Source: Eledone cirrhosa
Taxonomy: Eukaryota
Reading direction: 5' to 3'
DNA: 64,000 bases
Assembly: GCA_964016885.1 (NCBI GenBank)
Contig: OZ024744.1
Span: forward strand, 122,264,001-122,328,000
Shown here piece by piece: positions 48,501 through 61,835 of this stretch. How positions within the stretch are numbered: position 1 is the stretch's first letter; the number at the start of each line of letters is the position of its first letter. The position numbers and the translations under genes are program-made. The notes below the pieces were generated by a model, which made no database searches, was not told the DNA's origin, and saw only the letters and a list, made by a program, of their open reading frames with translations.

Positions 48501-51500
48501 CTCTCTTCACAACATCCATCACTACCTCTATTCCTCACACCCAGTCAGTTTCATACTTCCTCAACAGATGACCTAACCATCTCACATTATCTCTCTTCAC
48601 AACATCCATCACTACCTCTGTTCCTCTCACCCAGTCACTTTAATACTTCCTCAACACATGACCTAACCATCTCACACTATCTCTCTTCACAACGTCCATC
48701 ACTACCTCTATTCCTCTCACCCAGTCACTTTCATACTTCCTCAACAGATGACCTAACCATCTCACACTATCTCTTTTCACAACATCCATCACTACCTCTA
48801 TTCCTCTCACCTCCCAGTCACTTTTATCCTTCCTCAACACATGATCCAACCATCTCACACTATCTCTCTTCACAACATCCATCACCACCTCTATTCCTCA
48901 CACCCAGTCACTTTTATACTTCCTCAACACATGACCCAACCATCTCACACTATCTCTCTTCACAACATCCATCACTACCTCTATTCCTCTCACCCAGTCA
49001 CTTTCATACTTCCTCAACACATGACCCAACCATCTCACACTATCTCTCTTCACAACATCCATCACTACCTCTATTCCTCTCACCCAGTCACTTTCATACT
49101 TCCTCAACACATGACCCAACCATCTCACACTATCTCTCTTCACAACATCCATCACTACCTCTGTTCCTCTCAACCAGTCACTTTTATCCTTCCACAACGC
49201 ATGACCCAACCATCTCACACTATCTCTCTTCACAACATCCATCACTACCTTTATTCCTCTCAGCCAGTCAATTTCATACTTCCTCAACACATGACCCAAC
49301 CATCTCACACTATCTCTCTTCACAACATCTATCACTACCTCTAATCCTCTCACCCAGTCACTTTCATACTTCCTCAACACATGACCCAACCATCTCTCAC
49401 TATCTCTCTTCACAACATCCATCACTACCTCTATTCTTCTCACCCAGTCACTTTTATACTTCCTCAACACATTACCCAACCATCTCACACTATCTCTCTT
49501 CACAACATCCATCACTACCTCTATTCCTCTCACCCAGTCACTTTAATCCTTCCTCAACACATGACCCAACCATCTTACACTATCTCTCTTCAAAACATCC
49601 ATCACTACCTCTATTCCTCACACCCAGTCACTTTTATCCTTCCTCAACACATGACCCAACAATCTCTCACTATCTCTCTTCACAACATCCATCACTACCT
49701 CTATTCCTCTCACCCAGTCACTTTCATACTTCCCCAACACATGACCCAACCATCTCACACTATCTCTCTTCACAACATCCATCACTACCTCTATTCCTCT
49801 CACCCAGTCACTTTTATCCTTCCTCAACCCATGACCTAACCATCTGACACTATCTCTCTTCACAACATCCATCACTACATCTGTTCCTCTCACCCAGTCA
49901 CTTTTATACTTCCTCAACACATGACCCAACCATCTCACACTATCTCTCTTCACAACATCCATCACTACATTTATTCCTCTCAGCCAGTCAATTTCATACT
50001 GCCTCAACACATTAACCAACCATCTCTCACTATCTCTCTTCACAACATCCATCACTACCTCTATTCCTCTCACCCAGTCACTTTCATACTTCCTCAACAC
50101 ATGACCCAACCATCTCACACTATCTCTCTTCACAACATCCATCACTACCTCTATTCCTCTCACCCCGTTACTTTTATCCTTCCTCAACACATGACCTAAC
50201 CATCTCACACTATCTCTCTTCACAACATCCATCACTACCTCTATTCCTCTCACCCAGTCACTTTTATACTTCCTCAACACATGACCCAACCATCTCACAC
50301 TATCTCTCTTCACAACATCCATCACTACCTCTATTCCTCTCACCCAGTCACTTTCATACTTCCTCAACACATGACCCAATCATCTCACACTATCTCTCTT
50401 CACAATATCCATCACTACCTCTATTCCTCTCACCCAGTCACTTTTATCCTTCCTCAACACATGACCTAACCATCTGACACTATCTCTCTTCACAACATCC
50501 ATCACTACATCTTTTCCTCTCACCCAGTCACTTTTATACTTCCTCAACACATGACCCAACCATCTCACACTATCTCTCTTCACAACATCCATCACTACCT
50601 CGGTTCCTCTCAACCAGTCACTTTTATCCTTCCTCAACACATAACCCAACCATCTCACACTATCTCTCTTCACAACATCCATCACTACCTCTATTCCTCA
50701 CACCCAGTCAGTTTCATACTTCCTCAACAGATGACCTAACCATCTCACATTATCTCTCTTCACAACATCCATCACTACCTCTGTTCCTCTCACCCAGTCA
50801 CTTTAATACTTCCTCAACACATGACCTAACCATCTCACACTATCTCTCTTCACAACGTCCATCACGACCTCTATTCCTCTCACCCAGTCACTTTCATACT
50901 TCCTCAACACATGACCCAACCATCTCACACTATCTCTCTTCACAACATCCATCACTACCTCTATTCCTCTCAGCCAGTCACTTTCATACTTCCTCAACAC
51001 ATGACCCAACCATCTCACACTATCTCTCTTCACAACATCCATCACTACCTCTATTCCTCTCACCCAGTCACTTTTATCCTTACTCAACACATGACCTAAC
51101 CATCTCAAACTATCTCTCTTCACAACATCCATCACTACCTCTATTCCTCTCACCCAGTCACTTTTATACTTCCTCAACACATGACCCAACCATCTCACAC
51201 TATCTCTCTTCACAATATCCATCACTACCTCTATTCCTCTCACCCAGTCACTTTTATCCTTCCTCAACACATGACCCAACCATCTCACACTCTCTCTCTT
51301 CACAACATCCATCACTACCTCTGTTCCTCTCACCCAGTCACTTTCATACTTCCTCAACACATGACCTAACCATCTCACACTATCTCTCTTCACAACATCC
51401 ATCACTACATTTATTCCTCTCAGCCAGTCAATTTCATACTGCCTCAACACATGACCCAACCATCTCTCACTATCTCTCTTCACAACATCCATCACTACCT

Positions 51501-54500
51501 CTATTCCTCTCACCCAGTCACTTTCATACTTCCTCAACACATGACCCAACCATCTCACACTATCTCTCTTCACAACATCCATCACTACCTCTATTCCTCT
51601 CACCCCGTTACTTTTATTCTTCCTCAACACATGACCTAACCATCTCACACTATCTCTCTTCACAACATCCATCACTACCTCTATTCCTCTCATCCAGTCA
51701 CTTTTATACTTCCTCAACACATGACCCAACCATCTCACACTATCTCTCTTCACAACATCCATCACTACCTCTATTCCTCTCACCCAGTCACTTTCATACT
51801 TCCTCAACACATGACCCAATCATCTCACACTATCTCTCTTCACAATATCCATCACTACCTCTATTCCTCTCACCCAGTCACTTTTATCCTTCCTCAACAC
51901 ATGACCTAACCATCTGACACTATCTCTCTTCACAACATCCATCACTACATCTGTTCCTCTCACCCAGTCACTTTTATACTTCCTCAACACATGACCCAAC
52001 CATCTCACACTATCTCTCTTCACAACATCCATCACTACCTCGGTTCCTCTCAACCAGTCACTTTTATCCTTCCTCAACACATAACCCAACCATCTCACAC
52101 TATCTCTCTTCACAACATCCATCACTACCTCTATTCCTCACACCCAGTCAGTTTCATACTTCCTCAACAGATGACCTAACCATCTCACATTATCTCTCTT
52201 CACAACATCCATCACTACCTCTGTTCCTCTCACCCAGTCACTTTAATACTTCCTCAACACATGACCTAACCATCTCACACTATCTCTCTTCACAACGTCC
52301 ATCACTACCTCTATTCCTCTCACCCAGTCACTTTCATACTTCCTCAACAGATGACCTAACCATCTCACACTATCTCTCTTCACAACATCCATCACTACCT
52401 CTATTCCTCTCACCCAGTCACTTTCATACTTCCTCAACACATGACTCAATCATCTCACACTATCTCTCTTCACAACATCCATCACTACCTCTATTCCTCT
52501 CACCCAGTCACTTTCATACTTCCTCAACACATGACCCAACCATCTCACACTATCTCTCTTCACAACATCCATCACTACCTCTATTCCTCTCACCCAGTCA
52601 CTTTCATACTTCCTCAACACATGACCCAACCATCTCACACTATCTCTCTTCACAACATCCATCACTACCTCTGTTCCTCTCAACCAGTCACTTTTATCCT
52701 TCCTCAACGCATGACCCAACCATCTCACACTATCTCTCTTCACAACATCCATCACTACCTTTATTCCTCTCAGCCAGTCAATTTCATACTTCCTCAACAC
52801 ATGACCCAACCATCTCACACTATCTCTCTTCACAACATCTATCACTACCTCTAATCCTCTCACCCAGTCACTTTCATACTTCCTCAACACATGACCCAAC
52901 CATCTCTCACTATCTCTCTTCACAACATCCATCACTACCTCTATTCCTCTCACCCAGTCACTTTTATACTTCCTCAACACATTACCCAACCATCTCACAC
53001 TATCTCTCTTCACAACATCCATCACTACCTCTATTCCTCTCACCCAGTCACTTTTATCCTTCCTCAACACATGACCCAACCATCTTACACTATCTCTCTT
53101 CAAAACATCCATCACTACCTCTATTCCTCACACCCAGTCACTTTTATCCTTCCTCAACACATGACCCAACAATCTCTCACTATCTCTCTTCACAACATCC
53201 ATCACTACCTCTATTCCTCTCACCCAGTCACTTTCATACTTCCCCAACACATGACCCAACCATCTCACACTATCTCTCTTCACAACATCCATCACTACCT
53301 CTATTCCTCTCACCCAGTCACTTTTATCCTTCCTCAACCCATGACCTAACCATCTGACACTATCTCTCTTCACAACATCCATCACTACATCTGTTCCTCT
53401 CACCCAGTCACTTTTATACTTCCTCAACACATGACCCAACCATCTCACACTATCTCTCTTCACAACATCCATCACTACATTTATTCCTCTCAGCCAGTCA
53501 ATTTCATACTGCCTCAACACATTAACCAACCATCTCTCACTATCTCTCTTCACAACATCCATCACTACCTCTATTCCTCTCACCCAGTCACTTTCATACT
53601 TCCTCAACACATGACCCAACCATCTCACACTATCTCTCTTCACAACATCCATCACTACCTCTATTCCTCTCACCCCGTTACTTTTATCCTTCCTCAACAC
53701 ATGACCTAACCATCTCACACTATCTCTCTTCACAACATCCATCACTACCTCTATTCCTCTCACCCAGTCACTTTTATACTTCCTCAACACATGACCCAAC
53801 CATCTCACACTATCTCTCTTCACAACATCCATCACTACCTCTATTCCTCTCACCCAGTCACTTTCATACTTCCTCAACACATGACCCAATCATCTCACAC
53901 TATCTCTCTTCACAATATCCATCACTACCTCTATTCCTCTCACCCAGTCACTTTTATCCTTCCTCAACACATGACCTAACCATCTGACACTATCTCTCTT
54001 CACAACATCCATCACTACATCTTTTCCTCTCACCCAGTCACTTTTATACTTCCTCAACACATGACCCAACCATCTCACACTATCTCTCTTCACAACATCC
54101 ATCACTACCTCGGTTCCTCTCAACCAGTCACTTTTATCCTTCCTCAACACATAACCCAACCATCTCACACTATCTCTCTTCACAACATCCATCACTACCT
54201 CTATTCCTCTCACCCAGTCACTTTTATCCTTACTCAACACATGACCTAACCATCTCAAACTATCTCTCTTCACAACATCCATCACTACCTCTATTCCTCT
54301 CACCCAGTCACTTTTATACTTCCTCAACACATGACCCAACCATCTCACACTCTCTCTCTTCACAACATCCATCACTACCTCTATTCCTCACACCCAGTCA
54401 GTTTCATACTTCCTCAACAGATGACCTAACCATCTCACATTATCTCTCTTCACAACATCCATCACTACCTCTGTTCCTCTCACCCAGTCACTTTAATACT

Positions 54501-57500
54501 TCCTCAACACATGACCTAACCATCTCACACTATCTCTCTTCACAACGTCCATCACGACCTCTATTCCTCTCACCCAGTCACTTTCATACTTCCTCAATAC
54601 ATGACCCAACCATCTCACACTATCTCTCTTCACAACATCCATCACTACCTCTATTCCTCTCAGCCAGTCACTTTCATACTTCCTCAACACATGACCCAAC
54701 CATCTCACACTATCTCTCTTCACAACATCCATCACTACCTCTATTCCTCTCACCCAGTCACTTTTATCCTTACTCAACACATGACCTAACCATCTCAAAC
54801 TATCTCTCTTCACAACATCCATCACTACCTCTATTCCTCTCACCCAGTCACTTTTATACTTCCTCAACACATGACCCAACCATCTCACACTATCTCTCTT
54901 CACAATATCCATCACTACCTCTATTCCTCTCACCCAGTCACTTTTATCCTTCCTCAACACATGACCCAACCATCTCACACTCTCTCTCTTCACAACATCC
55001 ATCACTACCTCTGTTCCTCTCACCCAGTCACTTTCATACTTCCTCAACACATGACCTAACCATCTCACACTATCTCTCTTCACAACATCCATCACTACAT
55101 TTATTCCTCTCAGCCAGTCAATTTCATACTGCCTCAACACATGACCCAACCATCTCTCACTATCTCTCTTCACAACATCCATCACTACCTCTATTCCTCT
55201 CACCCAGTCACTTTCATACTTCCTCAACACATGACCCAACCATCTCACACTATCTCTCTTCACAACATCCATCACTACCTCTATTCCTCTCACCCCGTTA
55301 CTTTTATTCTTCCTCAACACATGACCTAACCATCTCACACTATCTCTCTTCACAACATCCATCACTACATCTGTTCCTCTCACCCAGTCACTTTTATACT
55401 TCCTCAACACATGACCCAACCATCTCACACTATCTCTCTTCACAACATCCATCACTACCTCGGTTCCTCTCAACCAGTCACTTTTATCCTTCCTCAACAC
55501 ATAACCCAACCATCTCACACTATCTCTCTTCACAACATCCATCACTACCTCTATTCCTCACACCCAGTCAGTTTCATACTTCCTCAACAGATGACCTAAC
55601 CATCTCACATTATCTCTCTTCACAACATCCATCACTACCTCTGTTCCTCTCACCCAGTCACTTTAATACTTCCTCAACACATGACCTAACCATCTCACAC
55701 TATCTCTCTTCACAACGTCCATCACTACCTCTATTCCTCTCACCCAGTCACTTTCATACTTCCTCAACAGATGACCTAACCATCTCACACTATCTCTCTT
55801 CACAACATCCATCACTACCTCTATTCCTCTCACCCAGTCACTTTCATACTTCCTCAACACATGACTCAATCATCTCACACTATCTCTCTTCACAACATCC
55901 ATCACTACCTCTATTCCTCACACCCAGTCACTTTTATCCTTCCTCAACACATGACCCAACCATCTCACACTATCTCTCTTCACAACATCCATCACTACCT
56001 CTATTCCTCTCACCCAGTCACTTTCATACTTCCTCAACACATGAGCCACCTATCTCACACTATCTCTGTTCACAACATCCATCACTACCTCTATTCCTCT
56101 CACCCAGTCACTTTCATACTGCCTCAACACATGACCCAACAATCTCTCACTATCTCTCTTCACAACATCCATCACTACCTCTATTCCTCTCACCCAGTCA
56201 CTTTCATACTTCCTCAACACATGACCCAACCATCTCACACTATCTCTCTTCACAACATCCATCACTACCTCTATTCCTCTCACCCAGTCACTTTTATCCT
56301 TCCTCAACCCATGACCTAACCATCTGACACTATCTCTCTTCACAACATCCATCACTACATCTGTTCCTCTCACCCAGTCACTTTTATACTTCCTCAACAC
56401 ATGACCCAACCATCTCACACTATCTCTCTTCACAACATCCATCACTACATTTATTCCTCTCAGCCAGTCAATTTCATACTGCCTCAACACATGAACCAAC
56501 CATCTCTCACTATCTCTCTTCACAACATCCATCACTACCTCTATTCCTCTCACACTGTCACTTTCATACTTCCTCAACACATGACCCAACCATCTCACAC
56601 TATCTCTCTTCACAACATCCATAACTACCTCTATTCCTCTCACCCAGTCACTTTCATACTTCCTCAACACATGACCCAACCATCTCACACTATCTCTCTT
56701 CACAACATCCATCACTACCTCTATTCCTCTCACCCCGTTACTTTTATCCTTCCTCAACACATGACCTAACCATCTCACACTATCTCTCTTCACAACATCC
56801 ATCACTACCTCTATTCCTCTCACCCAGTCACTTTTATACTTCCTCAACACATGACCCAACCATCTCACACTATCTCTCTTCACAACATCCATCACTACCT
56901 CTATTCCTCTCACCCAGTCACTTTTATCCTTACTCAACACATGACCTAACCATCTCAAACTATCTCTCTTCACAACATCCATCACTACCTCTATTCCTCT
57001 CACCCAGTCACTTTTATACTTCCTCAACACATGACCCAACCATCTCACACTATCTCTCTTCACAATATCCATCACTACCTCTATTCCTCTCACCCAGTCA
57101 CTTTTATCCTTCCTCAACACATGACCCAACCATCTCACACTCTCTCTCTTCACAACATCCATCACTACCTCTATTCCTCTCACCCAGTCACTTTTATACT
57201 TCCTCAACACATGACCCAACCATCTCACACTATCTCTCTTCACAATATCCATCACTACCTCTATTCCTCTCACCCAGTCACTTTTATCCTTCCTCAACAC
57301 ATGACCCAACCATCTCACACTCTCTCTCTTCACAACATCCATCACTACCTCTGTTCCTCTCACCCAGTCACTTTCATACTTCCTCAACACATGACCTAAC
57401 CATCTCACACTATCTCTCTTCACAACATCCATCACTACATTTATTCCTCTCAGCCAGTCAATTTCATACTGCCTCAACACATGACCCAACCATCTCTCAC

Positions 57501-59600
57501 TATCTCTCTTCACAACATCCATCACTACCTCTATTCCTCTCACCCAGTCACTTTCATACTTCCTCAACACATGACCCAACCATCTCACACTATCTCTCTT
57601 CACAACATCCATCACTACCTCTATTCCTCTCACCCCGTTACTTTTATTCTTCCTCAACACATGACCTAACCATCTCACACTATCTCTCTTCACAACATCC
57701 ATCACTACCTCTATTCCTCTCATCCAGTCACTTTTATACTTCCTCAACACATGACCCAACCATCTCAAACTATCTCTCTTCACAACATCCATCACTACCT
57801 CTATTCCTCTCACCCAGTCACTTTCATACTTCCTCAACACATGACCCAATCATCTCACACTATCTCTCTTCACAATATCCATCACTACCTCTATTCCTCT
57901 CACCCAGTCACTTTTATCCTTCCTCAACACATGACCTAACCATCTGACACTATCTCTCTTCACAACATCCATCACTACATCTGTTCCTCTCACCCAGTCA
58001 CTTTTATACTTCCTCAACACATGACCCAACCATCTCACACTATCTCTCTTCACAACATCCATCACTACCTCGGTTCCTCTCAACCAGTCACTTTTATCCT
58101 TCCTCAACACATAACCCAACCATCTCACACTATCTCTCTTCACAACATCCATCACTACCTCTATTCCTCACACCCAGTCAGTTTCATACTTCCTCAACAG
58201 ATGACCTAACCATCTCACATTATCTCTCTTCACAACATCCATCACTACCTCTATTCCTCTCACCCAGTCACTTTCATACTTCCTCAACACATGACCCAAT
58301 CATCTCACACTATCTCTCTTCACAATATCCATCACTACCTCTATTCCTCTCACCCAGTCACTTTTATCCTTCCTCAACACATGACCTAACCATCTGACAC
58401 TATCTCTCTTCACAACATCCATCACTACATCTTTTCCTCTCACCCAGTCACTTTTATACTTCCTCAACACATGACCCAACCATCTCACACTATCTCTCTT
58501 CACAACATCCATCACTACCTCTATTCCTCTCACCCAGTCACTTTCATACTTCCTCAACACATGACCCAATCATCTCACACTATCTCTCTTCACAATATCC
58601 ATCACTACCTCTATTCCTCTCACCCAGTCACTTTTATCCTTCCTCAACACATGACCTAACCATCTGACACTATCTCTCTTCACAACATCCATCACTACAT
58701 CTTTTCCTCTCACCCAGTCACTTTTATACTTCCTCAACACATGACCCAACCATCTCACACTATCTCTCTTCACAACATCCATCACTACCTCGGTTCCTCT
58801 CAACCAGTCACTTTTATCCTTCCTCAACACATAACCCAACCATCTCACACTATCTCTCTTCACAACATCCATCACTACCTCTATTCCTCACACCCAGTCA
58901 GTTTCATACTTCCTCAACAGATGACCTAACCATCTCACATTATCTCTCTTCACAACATCCATCACTACCTCTGTTCCTCTCACCCAGTCACTTTAATACT
59001 TCCTCAACACATGACCTAACCATCTCACACTATCTCTCTTCACAACGTCCATCACTACCTCTATTCCTCTCACCCAGTCACTTTCATACTTCCTCAACAC
59101 ATGACCCAACCATCTCACACTATCTCTCTTCACAACATCCATCACTACCTCTATTCCTCTCAGCCAGTCACTTTCATACTTCCTCAACACATGACCCAAC
59201 CATCTCACACTATCTCTCTTCACAACATCCATCACTACCTCTATTCCTCTCACCCAGTCACTTTTATCCTTACTCAACACATGACCTAACCATCTCAAAC
59301 TATCTCTCTTCACAACATCCATCACTAGCTCTATTCCTCTCACCCAGTCACTTTTATACTTCCTCAACACATGACCCAACCATCTCACACTATCTCTCTT
59401 CACAATATCCATCACTACCTCTATTCCTCTCACCCAGTCACTTTTATCCTTCCTCAACACATGACCCAACCATCTCACACTCTCTCTCTTCACAACATCC
59501 ATCACTACCTCTGTTCCTCTCACCCAGTCACTTTCATACTTCCTCAACACATGACCTAACCATCTCACACTATCTCTCTTCACAACATCCATCACTACCT
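24540..59600. repeat. HOR domain B: 4323-bp core unit (48 monomers + 3 bp) with 3420, 1800, 1710, 1440 and 720-bp sub-duplications
   Basis: An in-frame 3-bp insertion (ctcacctcccag; W-E-V on the minus strand) occurs near 24586, 24859, 32333, 36656, 42779 and 48812; the last four are spaced 4323, 6123 and 6033. Identical 338-aa repeat ORFs lie at 27301, 30721, 34324, 40447, 44770 and 50803. Confidence 0.88.
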
Positions 59601-61288
59601 CTGTTCCTCTCACCCAGTCACTTTAATACTTCCTCAACACATGACCTAACCATCTCACACTATCTCTCTTCACAACGTCCATCACTACCTCTATTCCTCT
59701 CACCCAGTCACTTTCATACTTCCTCAACACATGACCCAACCATCTCACACTATCTCTCTTCACAACATCCATCACTACCTCTATTCCTCTCAGCCAGTCA
59801 CTTTCATACTTCCTCAACACATGACCCAACCATCTCACACTATCTCTCTTCACAACATCCATCACTACCTCTATTCCTCTCAGCCAGTCACTTTCATACT
59901 TCCTCAACACATGACCCAACCATCTCACACTATCTCTCTTCACAACATCCATCACTACCTCTATTCCTCTCACCCAGTCACTTTTATCCTTCCTCAACAC
60001 ATGACCTAACCATCTCAAACTATCTCTCTTCACAACATCCATCACTACCTCTATTCCTCTCACCCAGTCACTTTTATACTTCCTCAACACATGACCCAAC
60101 CATCTCACACTATCTCTCTTCACAACATCCATCACTACCTCTGTTCCTCTCACCCAGTCACTTTCATACTTCCTCAACACATGACCTAACCATCTCACAC
60201 TATCTCTCTTCACAACATCCATCACTATCTCTATTCCTCTCACCCAGTCACTTTCATACTTCCTCAACATATAACCCAACCATCTCACACTATCTCTCTT
60301 CACAACATCCATCACTACCTCTGTTCCTCTCACCCAGTCACTTTCATACTTCCTCAACACATGACCCAACCATCTCACACTATCTCTCTTCACAACATCC
60401 ATCACTACCTCTATTCCTCTCACCCAGTCACTTTCATACTTCCTCAACATATGACCCAACCATCTCACACTATCTCTCTTCACAACATCCATCACTACCT
60501 CTGTTCCTCTCACCCAGTCACTTTTATCCTTCCTCAACACATGACCCAACCATCTCACACTATCTCTCTTCACAACATCCATCACTACCTCTGTTCCTCT
60601 CACCCAGTCACTTTCATACTTCCTCAACATATGACCCAACCATCTCACACTATCTCTCTTCACAACATCATCACTACCTCTATTCCTCTCACCCAGTCAC
60701 TTTTATCCTTCCTCAACACATGACCCAACCAGCTCACACTATCACTCTTCACAACATCCATCACTAGCTCTATTCCTCTCACCCAGTCACTTTTATCCTT
60801 CCTCAACACATGACCCAACCATCTCACACTATCACTCTTCACAACATCCATCACTACCTCTATTCCTCTCACCCAGTCACATTTATACTTCCTCAACACA
60901 TGACCCAACCATCTCATACTATCTCTCTTCAGAACATCCATCACTACCTCTATTCCTCTCACCCAGTCACTTTTATCCTTCCTCAACACATGACCCAACC
61001 ATCTCACACTATCACTCTTCACAACATCCATCATTACCTCTATTCCTCTCACCCAGTCACTTTTATCCTTCCTCAACACATGACCCAACCATCTCACACT
61101 ATCACTCTTCACAACATCCATCACTACCTCTATTCCTCTCACCCAGTCACATTCATACTTCCTCAACACATGACCCAACTAACTCACACTATCTCTCTTC
61201 ACAACATCCATCACTACCTCTATTCCTCTCACCCAGTCACTTTCAAACTTCCTCAACACATGACCCAACCATCTCATTCCATTTCTCT

Positions 61289-61835
61289 GCTGTGTGCAGG
61301 GGAGAAGCTTGCGCTGGTATGGACATGTGATGCGTATGAAGGGCATCAGCTGTATAAAAAAAGTTCAGAGCGATCAAAATTGATGTAAGACCCAGAAAAA
61401 CCTGCGACGAGGTGATAAAAACTGACCCTGCCCACCTACACCTCTCTAAGACAATGTCACTGGATTAAGACTTTTGGCGCCATGCAGTTGTACAGAAGAC
61501 TCGACTACCATTGCATACAAATCTAGTCAGTGGGCACCTCTTAACCCAACGTACACCCCACTCCTACACTCTACCTCCACCCCACACCCAATCCTCCCAT
61601 TTCTCTCCACTGTAAAGGGGTCATGTAGGAGACATGGTAAAAAGTTCCCAGTCCACACTGTAAATGTGATTGGTGTTAGGAAGGGCATCTAGCTGTAGAA
61701 AACTTGCCAGACAGTCCTATGCGAGCAAGACAACCAAGACAACCACGAGACATGGTCACCCAACCAATGTTACATCAAGTGGGACAAACTTGTCTAACCC
61801 ATGTTAGCATCGAAGATAGACGTTAAACAATGATG
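61289..61835 (+). mobile_element. 5'-truncated RTE-clade LINE (ORF C-terminus, 3' UTR and short TGA/GAT tail) inserted in a terminal satellite monomer
   Basis: Manual translation gives CVQGRSLRWYGHVMRMKGISCIKK, then RPRKTCDEVIKTD...LHLSKTMSLD*DFWRHAV, a degraded form of the RTE C-terminus RLRWYGHV...GRPRKTW..V..D. It ends ...ctaacccatgttagcatcgaagatagacgttaaacaatgatga, similar to the 3' end of the minus-strand LINE at 62661. Satellite sequence flanks it on both sides. Confidence 0.88.

Larger units (their letters stand above)
1..61288. repeat. Satellite array, 90-bp monomer, about 680 head-to-tail copies, open at the left window edge
   Basis: The same 90-mer recurs in register throughout (e.g. 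atgacccaac... at 331, 601, 961, 2221, 49021). Monomers differ from consensus by only a few substitutions and rare 1-3 bp indels. No foreign sequence appears until 61289. Confidence 0.99.

Noticed and set aside
1-61288. His/Ser/Pro-rich + strand ORFs (MTQPSHTISLHNIHHY..., SSQHPSLPLFLSPSHF...) as real proteins
   Set aside because: They follow from a 90-bp period on a nearly G-free strand. They are repeatedly broken by the common cctaa variant and are antisense to the recognisable ancestral frame.
1-61288. CRISPR array or a repeat-spacer/diversity-cassette system
   Set aside because: There are no unique spacers; the whole monomer is repeated and variation is limited to shared point variants. 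No cas genes are present and the context is eukaryotic LINEs.
1-61288. Telomeric repeat (cctaa/cccaa motif in each monomer)
   Set aside because: Only one isolated 5-6 bp match per 90 bp, explained by the Trp-Leu-Gly codons. There is no tandem TTAGGG or TTAGG run.
60810-61692. ORFs 60810-61388 and 61474-61692 as genes
   Set aside because: The first is satellite read-through into an off-frame part of the LINE fragment. The second lies mostly in the LINE 3' UTR, including a low-complexity C-rich tract.
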